Virus record (IMG/VR): IMGVR_UViG_3300045988_110748
From: a virus
Direction: 5' to 3' (one strand)
Length of the DNA: 41,334 bases
A program made the translations under genes and the position numbers. A model generated the notes under the pieces. It worked only from the letters and a program-made list of their open reading frames with translations. It did not search any database and was not told the origin of the DNA. The number at the start of each line of letters is the position of its first letter. The first letter of the stretch is position 1. Positions 23,900 through 31,540 of this stretch are shown in pieces.

Positions 23900-24084
23900 T
23901 GGCAAAGTGGGAAGAAATGCGCTTTAATATCCTGCGCGATTATTACATAGCAGCACAAAGGCGGCTTAAATGGGCGGCGAAGAATAACCGCCCGTGGAAA
24001 GAAATCGAGGACAAAAGTTACGTGGTCGCTGCCCTTAAATGGGCGGAGGAACGGGCCGCAAAGGCGGTAAAGGAGGACGCATGA
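23899..24084 (+). CDS. Hypothetical protein (61 aa)
   Basis: TAATG coupling to the upstream gene and RBS AAGGAGGA. Confidence 0.55.
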   Translation: MAKWEEMRFNILRDYYIAAQRRLKWAAKNNRPWKEIEDKSYVVAALKWAEERAAKAVKEDA

Positions 24085-24302
24085 AAATCAACATCAACAT
24101 AGGGAAAACGTGGACGCCCTTTGCCAAGGTTGAAAAAGGAGAGGTTTTTGGCATTGGCGACGCTGTATATATGCGACTGACAGATGTGAGGCAAGAGGTA
24201 TACTATAACGCTTGGAGCTTTGCAGCTAACGGATTGGCACACATCGACGGAAACGAAAAAGTTAAAATACCCCAAAGGGCAACGCTGGAGGTAACGCTAT
24301 GA
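24081..24302 (+). CDS. Hypothetical protein (73 aa)
   Basis: ATGA coupling at 24081 and RBS AAGGAGGA. Confidence 0.55.
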   Translation: MKININIGKTWTPFAKVEKGEVFGIGDAVYMRLTDVRQEVYYNAWSFAANGLAHIDGNEKVKIPQRATLEVTL

Positions 24303-24646
24303 CACAGTACGCGGATGCAGACGAACTGCTTGCAATGTACACATTTGATGAAAATGATAATGAACTGAAAGACCTAAACGAGCGCGGACATGTGCCGCTG
24401 CCCGTGATACGCGAAAATATCAAGGATTGCATAGTACCGGACGTGGAAAAGAAGCTGCGCGACTGCGACATACTTGCGGGATTGCTGTATATGATGGGCA
24501 AGGCTACAAACGTTGTAACCGAGCCAGAACTAAAAAAACTTGTTACGGGGCTAACGGGGAAAGGTGAAGAATTCTACACGGCGGTTGACGACTTTGTCGC
24601 AAATGAATGCGAAAAGAGACGCTTGGAGATGGAGGCAGAAAAATGA
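24299..24646 (+). CDS. Hypothetical protein (115 aa)
   Basis: ATGA coupling. ORF in operon context. Confidence 0.6.
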   Translation: MTQYADADELLAMYTFDENDNELKDLNERGHVPLPVIRENIKDCIVPDVEKKLRDCDILAGLLYMMGKATNVVTEPELKKLVTGLTGKGEEFYTAVDDFVANECEKRRLEMEAEK

Positions 24647-24870
24647 AACGAGCAATAGCGATGGCAATGTTAGCCCTGCTAATCATATCTGCGTGCGGAT
24701 GCGTAGACGGAGAAACCACGGAGATTAGTAATAACGGGCGAGTGCAAGTAATCGAGACTGGCGCGATGCATGTAATATATGTTGACACACTAACGGGCGT
24801 GCAGTATTTGCGCGTATATAGAGGCGGCATATGCGTGATGGTGGATGCAGACGGCAAGCCGCTGACATGA
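24643..24870 (+). CDS. Small lipoprotein (75 aa)
   Basis: ATG at 24643 with ATGA coupling. The signal peptide plus lipobox is MKRAIAMAMLALLIISAC. The mature part resembles a small family of clostridial proteins (VDTLTGVQYL...DADGKP). Confidence 0.65.
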   Translation: MKRAIAMAMLALLIISACGCVDGETTEISNNGRVQVIETGAMHVIYVDTLTGVQYLRVYRGGICVMVDADGKPLT

Positions 24871-25169
24871 GCACATATATACGCGCTGTTGTCGCAGCCA
24901 AGGCGATAAAGGCAATGAACGAAGAATATATAACCAAAGGCGATGCGATAGAAGCTGCTTGTAATGCAGTGGAGTTATTTCCCTCGGAATATCAAGAGAT
25001 AGAAAATGCTATTAACGGTATTGTTACTGATGTGGAGCCGGTAGTACACTGCAAAGATTGCCGCCTGCGCGGAAGGGAAGAATGCGCCATGTTTTACCGC
25101 TGTGAATGCGGGGAGCAGCACACGTGGGAAACGGATAACGACTTTTGTAGCTATGGAGAAAGGTTATGA
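24867..25169 (+). CDS. Hypothetical Cys-rich phage protein (100 aa)
   Basis: ATGA coupling at 24867. The motif EPVVHCKDCRLRGREECAMFYRCECGEQH is common in Firmicutes phage early proteins. Confidence 0.6.
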   Translation: MSTYIRAVVAAKAIKAMNEEYITKGDAIEAACNAVELFPSEYQEIENAINGIVTDVEPVVHCKDCRLRGREECAMFYRCECGEQHTWETDNDFCSYGERL

Positions 25170-26041
25170 AAAAGATACGGACTATAGATGACATCATCGA
25201 GGCGGATTGGGAGGATATCAAGCGGCGGCGCGAGCAAGGCGCGAATCTTGACCAAGTGGGCGAGCTGTACGGCATAACGGGCGCCACACTGGCGAGATAT
25301 GCAAGGCTGGCGGGCGTGGATATACCAAGGCGCACAGACTATAACCCGCTGCCATCCGCAGAGGATATACAGCGCCTACGCGACGAGGGCGTGAAATGGG
25401 CTGACATAGCCGCGAAGTATCATGTATCGCGCGACCGACTACACAGCTACGCGCAAGAGCATGGCATAGATACGCGCTTAGTGCGCAAGCCCACCCTGAC
25501 ACCAGTGGACTGGGATGACGTGTGCAAGCAGCGTGAGGCGGGCAAGACATGGGGCGATATTGCGGAGCCGTATGGCGTAAGTGGCCCGACGCTGCAAAAG
25601 CGTGCGGGCAGGCGTGGCATTGCCATCGGCCCCAGCAGATACGACAGATTGAATGCCATGCTTGACCCTGACTGGCCAGGCTGGAACGATGTGAAGCAAT
25701 TACGAGAATGCGGAAAGAAATGGACGGAGATTGCCAAGCATATCGGCGTGACTACCGCGACCTTGCGCAGGATGATGGCACACTTGGCGCTCCGCGCGCC
25801 GACAGGCGATGCGCATAAGTATTATGACGGCGCAAGCCCCTGCGAGAAAACCCTATACTCCCAGACACTGTGCTGGTCTTGCGCCAATGCCGTGCCGGAT
25901 AAGTCGGGCAAGCGCGGGTGCGCATGGAGCAGACACTTTAAGCCCGTCAAGGGCTGGGACGCAGACGAGACGCGGCTATACAGCGACAAGCCGACGCAAT
26001 CGTACCATGTGCGGCAGTGCCCAGAATTTGTGCGGGGTTAG
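25166..26041 (+). CDS. Four-fold tandem HTH-repeat protein with C-terminal Cys cluster
   Basis: There are four repeats of about 50 aa: DW.DI..RREQG..LDQVGELYGITGATLARYA, IQRLRDEGVKWADIAAKYHVSRDRLHSYA, VCKQREAGKTWGDIAEPYGVSGPTLQKRA and VKQLRECGKKWTEIAKHIGVTTATLRRMM. They are followed by C..CWSC...C...C. Confidence 0.7.
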   Translation: MKKIRTIDDIIEADWEDIKRRREQGANLDQVGELYGITGATLARYARLAGVDIPRRTDYNPLPSAEDIQRLRDEGVKWADIAAKYHVSRDRLHSYAQEHGIDTRLVRKPTLTPVDWDDVCKQREAGKTWGDIAEPYGVSGPTLQKRAGRRGIAIGPSRYDRLNAMLDPDWPGWNDVKQLRECGKKWTEIAKHIGVTTATLRRMMAHLALRAPTGDAHKYYDGASPCEKTLYSQTLCWSCANAVPDKSGKRGCAWSRHFKPVKGWDADETRLYSDKPTQSYHVRQCPEFVRG

Positions 26042-26050
26042 GAGGTAAAA

Positions 26051-26731
26051 ATGAAAACACTCAGATACGAAACACGGGATGCAGACGGAAATGACATTGT
26101 AAAGGATGTCGCAGTGAAGGAATTTGCGAGTGCCAAGGCGGAGTTTAGATGCCACGTCTGCGGACGGGAATGCAGCCAGGGCGTTAGAACAACGGATATT
26201 ATCTCGGGCTCATTTACGGACTACGCGCTCATAGGGGATTATGTATGCAATGACTGCGCAGACCTTTTTAGCCTGTACTTTTACAGCTACATTAAAGACG
26301 CTGACGGGATAAGGCTGCTAAATGTACGGAGCATTCGGGACGAGATCACGCAGGAGCAAAAGCCGCCGTTTATGTTTGTGATAACTACATCGCAAAAAAA
26401 GCATCTATTTTATCGAGCGAGAATGAATCATGCGCCGACACCGTTCGCGGTGCAGCTTGAGACCGAGACGATATACACCACAACGAGCAGGATGCGGACG
26501 CTGTTTGATTTTGTTGAATCGCTTATGACACTCGGACAATCAAAAAAAGCGTTGGCGGATGGGGAGATGCGCTATGAAGTGATGCAAAAGGTCGGCGCGG
26601 GTGCATTTAGCTACCTTCGGCGCGAGCTGAGAGCATCACGGGAGATACAAATACCAATCTACTGCGGACAAAAAAGAGATATAACAGACGAGGAGGCAAT
26701 ATGTTGTATAAATTCAATACTGACAGCGTAA
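26051..26731 (+). CDS. csf1: Csf1-like (Cas8-like large subunit) zinc-finger protein, putative
   Basis: 226 aa with two CxxC pairs (CHVCGREC, CNDCADLF). It is the first gene of the block that contains Cas7- and Cas5-like genes. The call rests on size, the zinc finger and position. Confidence 0.5.
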   Translation: MKTLRYETRDADGNDIVKDVAVKEFASAKAEFRCHVCGRECSQGVRTTDIISGSFTDYALIGDYVCNDCADLFSLYFYSYIKDADGIRLLNVRSIRDEITQEQKPPFMFVITTSQKKHLFYRARMNHAPTPFAVQLETETIYTTTSRMRTLFDFVESLMTLGQSKKALADGEMRYEVMQKVGAGAFSYLRRELRASREIQIPIYCGQKRDITDEEAICCINSILTA

Positions 26732-27135
26732 AACACGCGAGTGCGGCGCTACTGCTCTACGCAATGTACCGCAGCCGCAACAAAAACAGCCCGCTGAATG
26801 GGTTGGAGACATGGGACAGGTTTAACAGCTACATCCGCGGAGCTTGCCTAAAAAGTAGCACAACGGCAGAGTTTATGCAAAAATTCTGCCGCGCGGCGAA
26901 GATAGACAGCGTTAAGCCACGCTATTTGTCAACCGACGATCCTGTGCTAATGCCTGGAACTGGCGAGCTGATAATGAGCGATGCTATAAAGGACTACAGA
27001 ATACCGATTATCGAGGATAACAGTCTGCTGCGCATAATGTCGGATGAATCAATTTATCTGTGTATGCTTGTACGCGACCGCATTCAACGCGAAAAGATGG
27101 AGTATAAAGAGGAGGGGGCCGAATATGAATACTAA
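26701..27135 (+). CDS. cas11: Cas11-like small subunit, putative
   Basis: 144 aa and helical-looking. It lies between the Csf1-like and Cas7-like genes and overlaps both. The call rests on position and size only. Confidence 0.4.
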   Translation: MLYKFNTDSVKHASAALLLYAMYRSRNKNSPLNGLETWDRFNSYIRGACLKSSTTAEFMQKFCRAAKIDSVKPRYLSTDDPVLMPGTGELIMSDAIKDYRIPIIEDNSLLRIMSDESIYLCMLVRDRIQREKMEYKEEGAEYEY

Positions 27136-28012
27136 TATAAAATACAGACTGCTTTCGCCTGTTTCGCACATTGGCGAGACCGCCAGCACCGGTAGCTATT
27201 TTCAAACCGTTCTCACGACGCAAGGGAGATTGCCTGTGATAACCGGCAACAGTACGCGCGGTCAGATCAGGGATAGCGCAGCGCTTCACCTCCTAAACAC
27301 GCTCAACATAAAAGTGGACAAAGAAATATTCAACGTGCTTTTTTCGGGCGGCAACCTCTCCGGCACGATGCGGGACGATGTAGAGCGGGCGAAACAAATT
27401 CGTAATTACTATCCGGCGGTATCACTCCTTGGCGGCGGTATGGGGACGATGATCATGGCGGGTAAGCTGCTGGTATCGTTTGGATACCCTGTATGCGCGG
27501 AGAGCGAGCAGTTTACGGGCATAGACAGCGCCCAATCTTGGCATGAGATGATTGAAGAGATTGAGTTTACACGCACCGATGACACCAAGAACGATGTAAA
27601 AGCCGGCCGAATAGTTAATATAAACGATGACTCAGGGGCGGGGACAGCATCAACGCAGATGCGCTACTCCGTACAGTATATTGCAGCGGGAACGGAGATT
27701 GTACAAAACCTTATTACACTTGATGGCACAACGCCTCTAGAAATCGGCGCACTGTATGCAGCTATATGCGAGTGGTTTAAGGTGCCGAGGCTTGGCGGCA
27801 TGGCGGCAAAAGGGTTTGGCTTGTTCGATGCTGTTGTCGGTGACCGCGATATAGTCCTTAGCGGCGGCAGGATAACGCTGAAACCGCAAATTGCAGATCT
27901 TATCGATGCATATGAGACTTTTGTCCGCGAGGAGGGCGGCGAGCATTTATCGCTCCTTGCCGCACCGAAAGGAGGGAAGAAGGGTGGCAAAAAAGCCAAC
28001 AACGCCGATTAA
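27125..28012 (+). CDS. csf2: Cas7-family RAMP protein (Csf2-like)
   Basis: ATG at 27125 after GAGGAGGGGG. RAMP hallmarks are SPVSHIGE, LPVITGNSTRGQIRD, LFSGG, SLLGGGMG and the G-rich loop PRLGGMAAKGFGLF. Confidence 0.75.
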   Translation: MNTNIKYRLLSPVSHIGETASTGSYFQTVLTTQGRLPVITGNSTRGQIRDSAALHLLNTLNIKVDKEIFNVLFSGGNLSGTMRDDVERAKQIRNYYPAVSLLGGGMGTMIMAGKLLVSFGYPVCAESEQFTGIDSAQSWHEMIEEIEFTRTDDTKNDVKAGRIVNINDDSGAGTASTQMRYSVQYIAAGTEIVQNLITLDGTTPLEIGALYAAICEWFKVPRLGGMAAKGFGLFDAVVGDRDIVLSGGRITLKPQIADLIDAYETFVREEGGEHLSLLAAPKGGKKGGKKANNAD

Positions 28013-28691
28013 AGTCACGGCGCACCTGCTTGACGGCAGAGTAAATACGGCAGACGGGATCATTATGTTGGACGCGATATTGTATCATGCGTGGTTTAGC
28101 AGACACAAGCCGGAGGTCTTAGAGGGCTGCGGCAGCACGCAATATGACGGATATACGGGGCTGCCGTTGCGGCAGCTCCCCGATAATAGATGGGCGGCAA
28201 GCAGAGGCATATTTAAGACCGAGGGCAAAAACATCGAATACATAAATAGGAGACCTAACTTTTTCGATGCGGACAAGATCGGACATCTTGACATGGAGAC
28301 GGGTATAATATCGGACAGCGTAGGCGTATACCGGGCGTACCGCATACCGCGAGTTGTCAGCACTGTCAGCGATATAGAGTTTTATGCCATGGGCGACAAG
28401 GCTAAAGTGCAAGACCTATTGACGGCGATCCCGGCCGTAGGCAAAAAGCCCGCGGTGGGATATGGTTTTGTAGCCGAATGGAATGTGGAGGACTGCGACG
28501 AGGATTACAGTCTGTGGCACCCTGAGTACGGACTTATGCGCCCGGTGGTGGTCGGCAGTGACGAGGCAAAGGGGCTTGAGCTTAGTACATATCCCGTTAT
28601 GCAATACGGAATAAAGCCACCTTACTGGAAACCCTGCAATATGCGTTTGTGCCATGTGCCGATTGCTACGGCGGAGAATGCGACAACATGA
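27984..28691 (+). CDS. csf3: Cas5-family protein (Csf3-like)
   Basis: Probable GTG start at 27984 after GGAGGGAAGAAGG. The N-terminal IKVTAHLLDG...GIIMLDAILYHAW resembles the Csf3 N-terminus as I remember it. It follows the Cas7-like gene. Confidence 0.6.
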   Translation: MAKKPTTPIKVTAHLLDGRVNTADGIIMLDAILYHAWFSRHKPEVLEGCGSTQYDGYTGLPLRQLPDNRWAASRGIFKTEGKNIEYINRRPNFFDADKIGHLDMETGIISDSVGVYRAYRIPRVVSTVSDIEFYAMGDKAKVQDLLTAIPAVGKKPAVGYGFVAEWNVEDCDEDYSLWHPEYGLMRPVVVGSDEAKGLELSTYPVMQYGIKPPYWKPCNMRLCHVPIATAENATT

Positions 28692-29461
28692 CTATTGACG
28701 ATTTTGTTAAGATAGGCGCGCTCAGGTCGGGCATGCGACAATACGCCGAAAAGCGGGACAAAGCAATAAGGCTTTGCGAAGAGCAATTCCGCACGCACAA
28801 AAGACCATATGTTGCAATAAGCGGCGGCAAAGACAGCGTTGCTATGGCGTACATTGTGGACGCTGCGGCGAGACGCGTCGGGGCGGATTATAGATTGTGG
28901 CTGCATTGCTCGGATGCATCGTTCCCCGGCACGGTAGAGACATGCCGCAAGGTGGCCGCGGCGGTTGGCAGAGAGCTTGATGTATTTGAAAGTAAGGATT
29001 CTGCGTTTGACGCGATAGCACGCCCGCAAAAGGCTGCATTTGGGAAAAGCGGCGTATTCTTCAGCTCGGTGCGCGAGTACGCAAAGGACAAAGATTTATG
29101 CTTTGTGGGCGTTCGAGCTGCGGAGAGCCGGAGACGGATGCGTGCCGCTAAAGCACACGGGCAAGTGTTTGACAGCGCATCAATGGGCGATGTGACGGTT
29201 TGCCATCCGCTCCTATGGTTTACCCTGTATGATGTCGCGGCGGCGCTGCACGAGTACGATGCACCAATACACCCGATATACAAAAAAATAACAATAGAGC
29301 GCGGGGAAAACCGGTGCGGTGAGGAATCGTTTATCCGGCTCGGTTATATAACGTCACGCGACCTGCTCAACAAAGGCACAGCGGTGTTTCTGCGGATAAA
29401 CTACCCGGACGAGTTTAACAGGCTTGCAGCCGCGTATCCGGAGATACGGCTATGGGTGTAG
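28688..29461 (+). CDS. cysH: PAPS reductase/CysH-like (DndC-like) PP-loop enzyme
   Basis: ATGA-coupled ATG at 28688. The PP-loop is YVAISGGKDSVAMAY, with the downstream motif FVGVRAAESRRR. Confidence 0.85.
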   Translation: MTIDDFVKIGALRSGMRQYAEKRDKAIRLCEEQFRTHKRPYVAISGGKDSVAMAYIVDAAARRVGADYRLWLHCSDASFPGTVETCRKVAAAVGRELDVFESKDSAFDAIARPQKAAFGKSGVFFSSVREYAKDKDLCFVGVRAAESRRRMRAAKAHGQVFDSASMGDVTVCHPLLWFTLYDVAAALHEYDAPIHPIYKKITIERGENRCGEESFIRLGYITSRDLLNKGTAVFLRINYPDEFNRLAAAYPEIRLWV

Positions 29462-29576
29462 CCAAGGCGGAGGGGAGGGGGTATCAAAATCCCTGCGCCG
29501 TGGCGGCTCGTACCGCGGGCCCCTCAACGGAACAAAAAATTTTCGATTTTTGTGAAAAATCAGGCGAGGCAGTAGG

Positions 29577-30071
29577 ATGGATAAAAGCGATAAGGAAAAG
29601 AGACAAAACGAACGCGCGGCAGTAAGGCGGCTGCTGATGTACTGGGGCAATGCGGAGCGCACGCGCACGGACAAGGAACGGAAGCTTGTGACGGTAGATG
29701 AAGAGATTGAAAGCCAGTATGACCTTCATCCGCAAAGGCTGACGGGCTTGCCGCACGGGAGCGGGATATCTGATGCCACATACAATGCGGCGCTAAAGGC
29801 CACGCGCGAGATAAAACGGCTCAAGCGCAAGAAGCAGCGCCTTGAAGCTGAGCTGGAAGAGCTGAATTATCACGCGGGCATGATAGAATTTGAGGTGATG
29901 TGTCTGCCGCCGCTGGAGTGCGAGGTGATAAAGCTTAGGTATGTGGAGTACGGCGTGGCGAAGAGTGGCTACTGGGAAAAGGTGGCGCAGCGGATGCACG
30001 TATCGCAGGATTGGGCTAAGGCTTTGGAGCGGCACGGCGTGGAACGGCTTATAAATCGCATTGCCCCATAA
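29577..30071 (+). CDS. Putative late-gene transcriptional activator (sigma region-4/ArpU-RinA-like)
   Basis: It lies upstream of the packaging module. The C-terminal LECEVIKLRYVEYGVAKSGYWEKVAQRMHVSQDWAKALERHGVERL is region-4-like. Confidence 0.55.
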   Translation: MDKSDKEKRQNERAAVRRLLMYWGNAERTRTDKERKLVTVDEEIESQYDLHPQRLTGLPHGSGISDATYNAALKATREIKRLKRKKQRLEAELEELNYHAGMIEFEVMCLPPLECEVIKLRYVEYGVAKSGYWEKVAQRMHVSQDWAKALERHGVERLINRIAP

Positions 30072-30125
30072 AAGTCAACACGATAAAACACGATTTACGT
30101 GATATAATACTACCATCAAAAAGAG

Positions 30126-30148
30126 GGCTTCCGCAGGGGAGCCTTTTT
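30126..30148 (+). terminator. Rho-independent terminator
   Basis: GGCTTCC-gcag-GGGAGCC stem with one G-T wobble, followed by TTTTT. Confidence 0.6.
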
Positions 30149-30163
30149 GCATAGGGGGAAAGA

Positions 30164-30964
30164 ATGGACAGCTTTAAGGAGAAGATGGCGCTTGGCGACC
30201 AGATGGAAATGACGGGCGAATATGCCGCATTCGTTGAAAAATTCAAGCCGAAGAAAACAACGGATGATTGCTACACGCCTGATAATGTATATGCCGCCGT
30301 CCTTGATTGGGCGGTTAAAGAATACGGCTTAGAGGGGGCGCGGATTATACGCCCGTTTTACCCCGGCGGGGATTACAAGAAAGAGGATTACAGCGGGAAT
30401 TGTGCGGTGATAGACAACCCGCCTTTTTCGATTTTGGCCGAGATTTGCCGCTGGTATAATCAGCGCGGAACACGCTTTTTTCTTTTCGGGCCCGCAAAAA
30501 CGATTTTTACAGGCAGCGGCTCTGACGGTATAAATTATGTCATATGCGGGCTATCGATAATGTACGATAACGGCGCGAGCGTAGACACGAGCTTTGTCAC
30601 AAACATGGGGCAATATAAAATTATGGTTGCGCCCGACTTGTATGAAGCAATAAAAGCGGCCGATGATGAAAACCGCAAGGAGGTTACAAAGTCGTTGCCG
30701 AAATACGATTACCCCGACCACGTTCTGACGGCGGCGAGGATCCAGCGCATTGCAAAATACGGGCAGTCATTAAGGATACGCGCCGAGGATTGCGCCTTTA
30801 TCCGCGCTTTGGATAGTCAAAGGGGCGCGGGGAAGGCGGTTTTCGGCGGCGGTTTTCTTTTGTCGGAGAAAGCAGCAGCGGAGAAAGCGGCAGCAGAGAA
30901 AGCAGGGGCAAAAACATGGGAGCTATCGGAGAGGGAGAAGGAAATAATAAGGCGGCTTGGGTGA
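30164..30964 (+). CDS. Orphan DNA N6-adenine methyltransferase (putative)
   Basis: Motif IV-like VIDNPPFS. There is a conserved CYTP near the N-terminus. The C-terminus has an EKAAA repeat. No cognate nuclease is present. Confidence 0.7.
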   Translation: MDSFKEKMALGDQMEMTGEYAAFVEKFKPKKTTDDCYTPDNVYAAVLDWAVKEYGLEGARIIRPFYPGGDYKKEDYSGNCAVIDNPPFSILAEICRWYNQRGTRFFLFGPAKTIFTGSGSDGINYVICGLSIMYDNGASVDTSFVTNMGQYKIMVAPDLYEAIKAADDENRKEVTKSLPKYDYPDHVLTAARIQRIAKYGQSLRIRAEDCAFIRALDSQRGAGKAVFGGGFLLSEKAAAEKAAAEKAGAKTWELSEREKEIIRRLG

Positions 30965-31092
30965 CGTGGATACACACACCCGCCACCTGCAAGGAGTGCA
31001 AGCACTATGACAAAAACAAACGGCGGTGCGGCGTAAAGGAATGCCCGTATCCGGCACGGAGGGGGCGGGCATGTATAAGGGCGGAAAGATAA
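30961..31092 (+). CDS. Possible small Cys-rich protein (43 aa, GTG start)
   Basis: GTGA coupling to the methyltransferase stop. The sequence is TCKECKHYDKNKRRCGVKECPYP. Support is weak. Confidence 0.3.
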   Translation: MTWIHTPATCKECKHYDKNKRRCGVKECPYPARRGRACIRAER

Positions 31093-31177
31093 CACGGGCC
31101 GAAAGGCACGCCATTAAGTGAGTAAAAAACGGACACCCCAAAAACGCCGGATAGGATTTGAGGAAGGAGGGGCGACG

Positions 31178-31528
31178 ATGGCGAAGTTTGAAAAATGGAC
31201 TACTCCGCGCGGGCTCATTCTTCTGCAAGGCTGGGCGCGTGATGGATTGACCGATGTGGAAATATCCGACAAAGTTGGCATAAGCCGCAGTACCTTAGCG
31301 GAATGGAAGAAAAAATACCCCGAGATTGGAAAAGCGTTATCCCAAGGCAAAGAGGTTGCGGACTATGCCGTGGAAAGTTCTCTTTATAAACGGGCACTTG
31401 CGGGAGATGTTACGGCCTGTATATTCTGGCTTAAAAATCGCAAGCCCCACAAGTGGCGCGACAAGCCCGAATCGGGCGAGGGGGCAGACATAGAAGACCT
31501 TACGCCGCTGGCGAATATGCTGAAATAG
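31178..31528 (+). CDS. terS: Terminase small subunit
   Basis: ATG at 31178 after GAAGGAGGGG. The HTH is LTDVEISDKVGISRSTLAEWKKKYPE. The conserved YKRALAGDVTACIFWLKNRKPHKWRDK tail is present. It lies directly upstream of terL. Confidence 0.75.
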   Translation: MAKFEKWTTPRGLILLQGWARDGLTDVEISDKVGISRSTLAEWKKKYPEIGKALSQGKEVADYAVESSLYKRALAGDVTACIFWLKNRKPHKWRDKPESGEGADIEDLTPLANMLK

Positions 31529-31540
31529 GGGGCGGGACGC

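Noticed and set aside
27044-27124. Longer 5' extensions of the Cas7-like (from 27044), Cas5-like (from 27891) and CysH-like (from 28649) ORFs given in the ORF track
   Set aside because: The extensions overlap the preceding genes by about 40-120 nt and lack RBSs. Internal starts at 27125, 27984 and 28688 have strong RBSs or ATGA coupling.
30074-30112. TGaTATAAT extended -10-like element between the late regulator gene and the terminator at 30126-30148
   Set aside because: There is no acceptable -35. The element would produce only a ~35-nt transcript ending at the terminator. The hairpin is more simply the terminator of the upstream gene.
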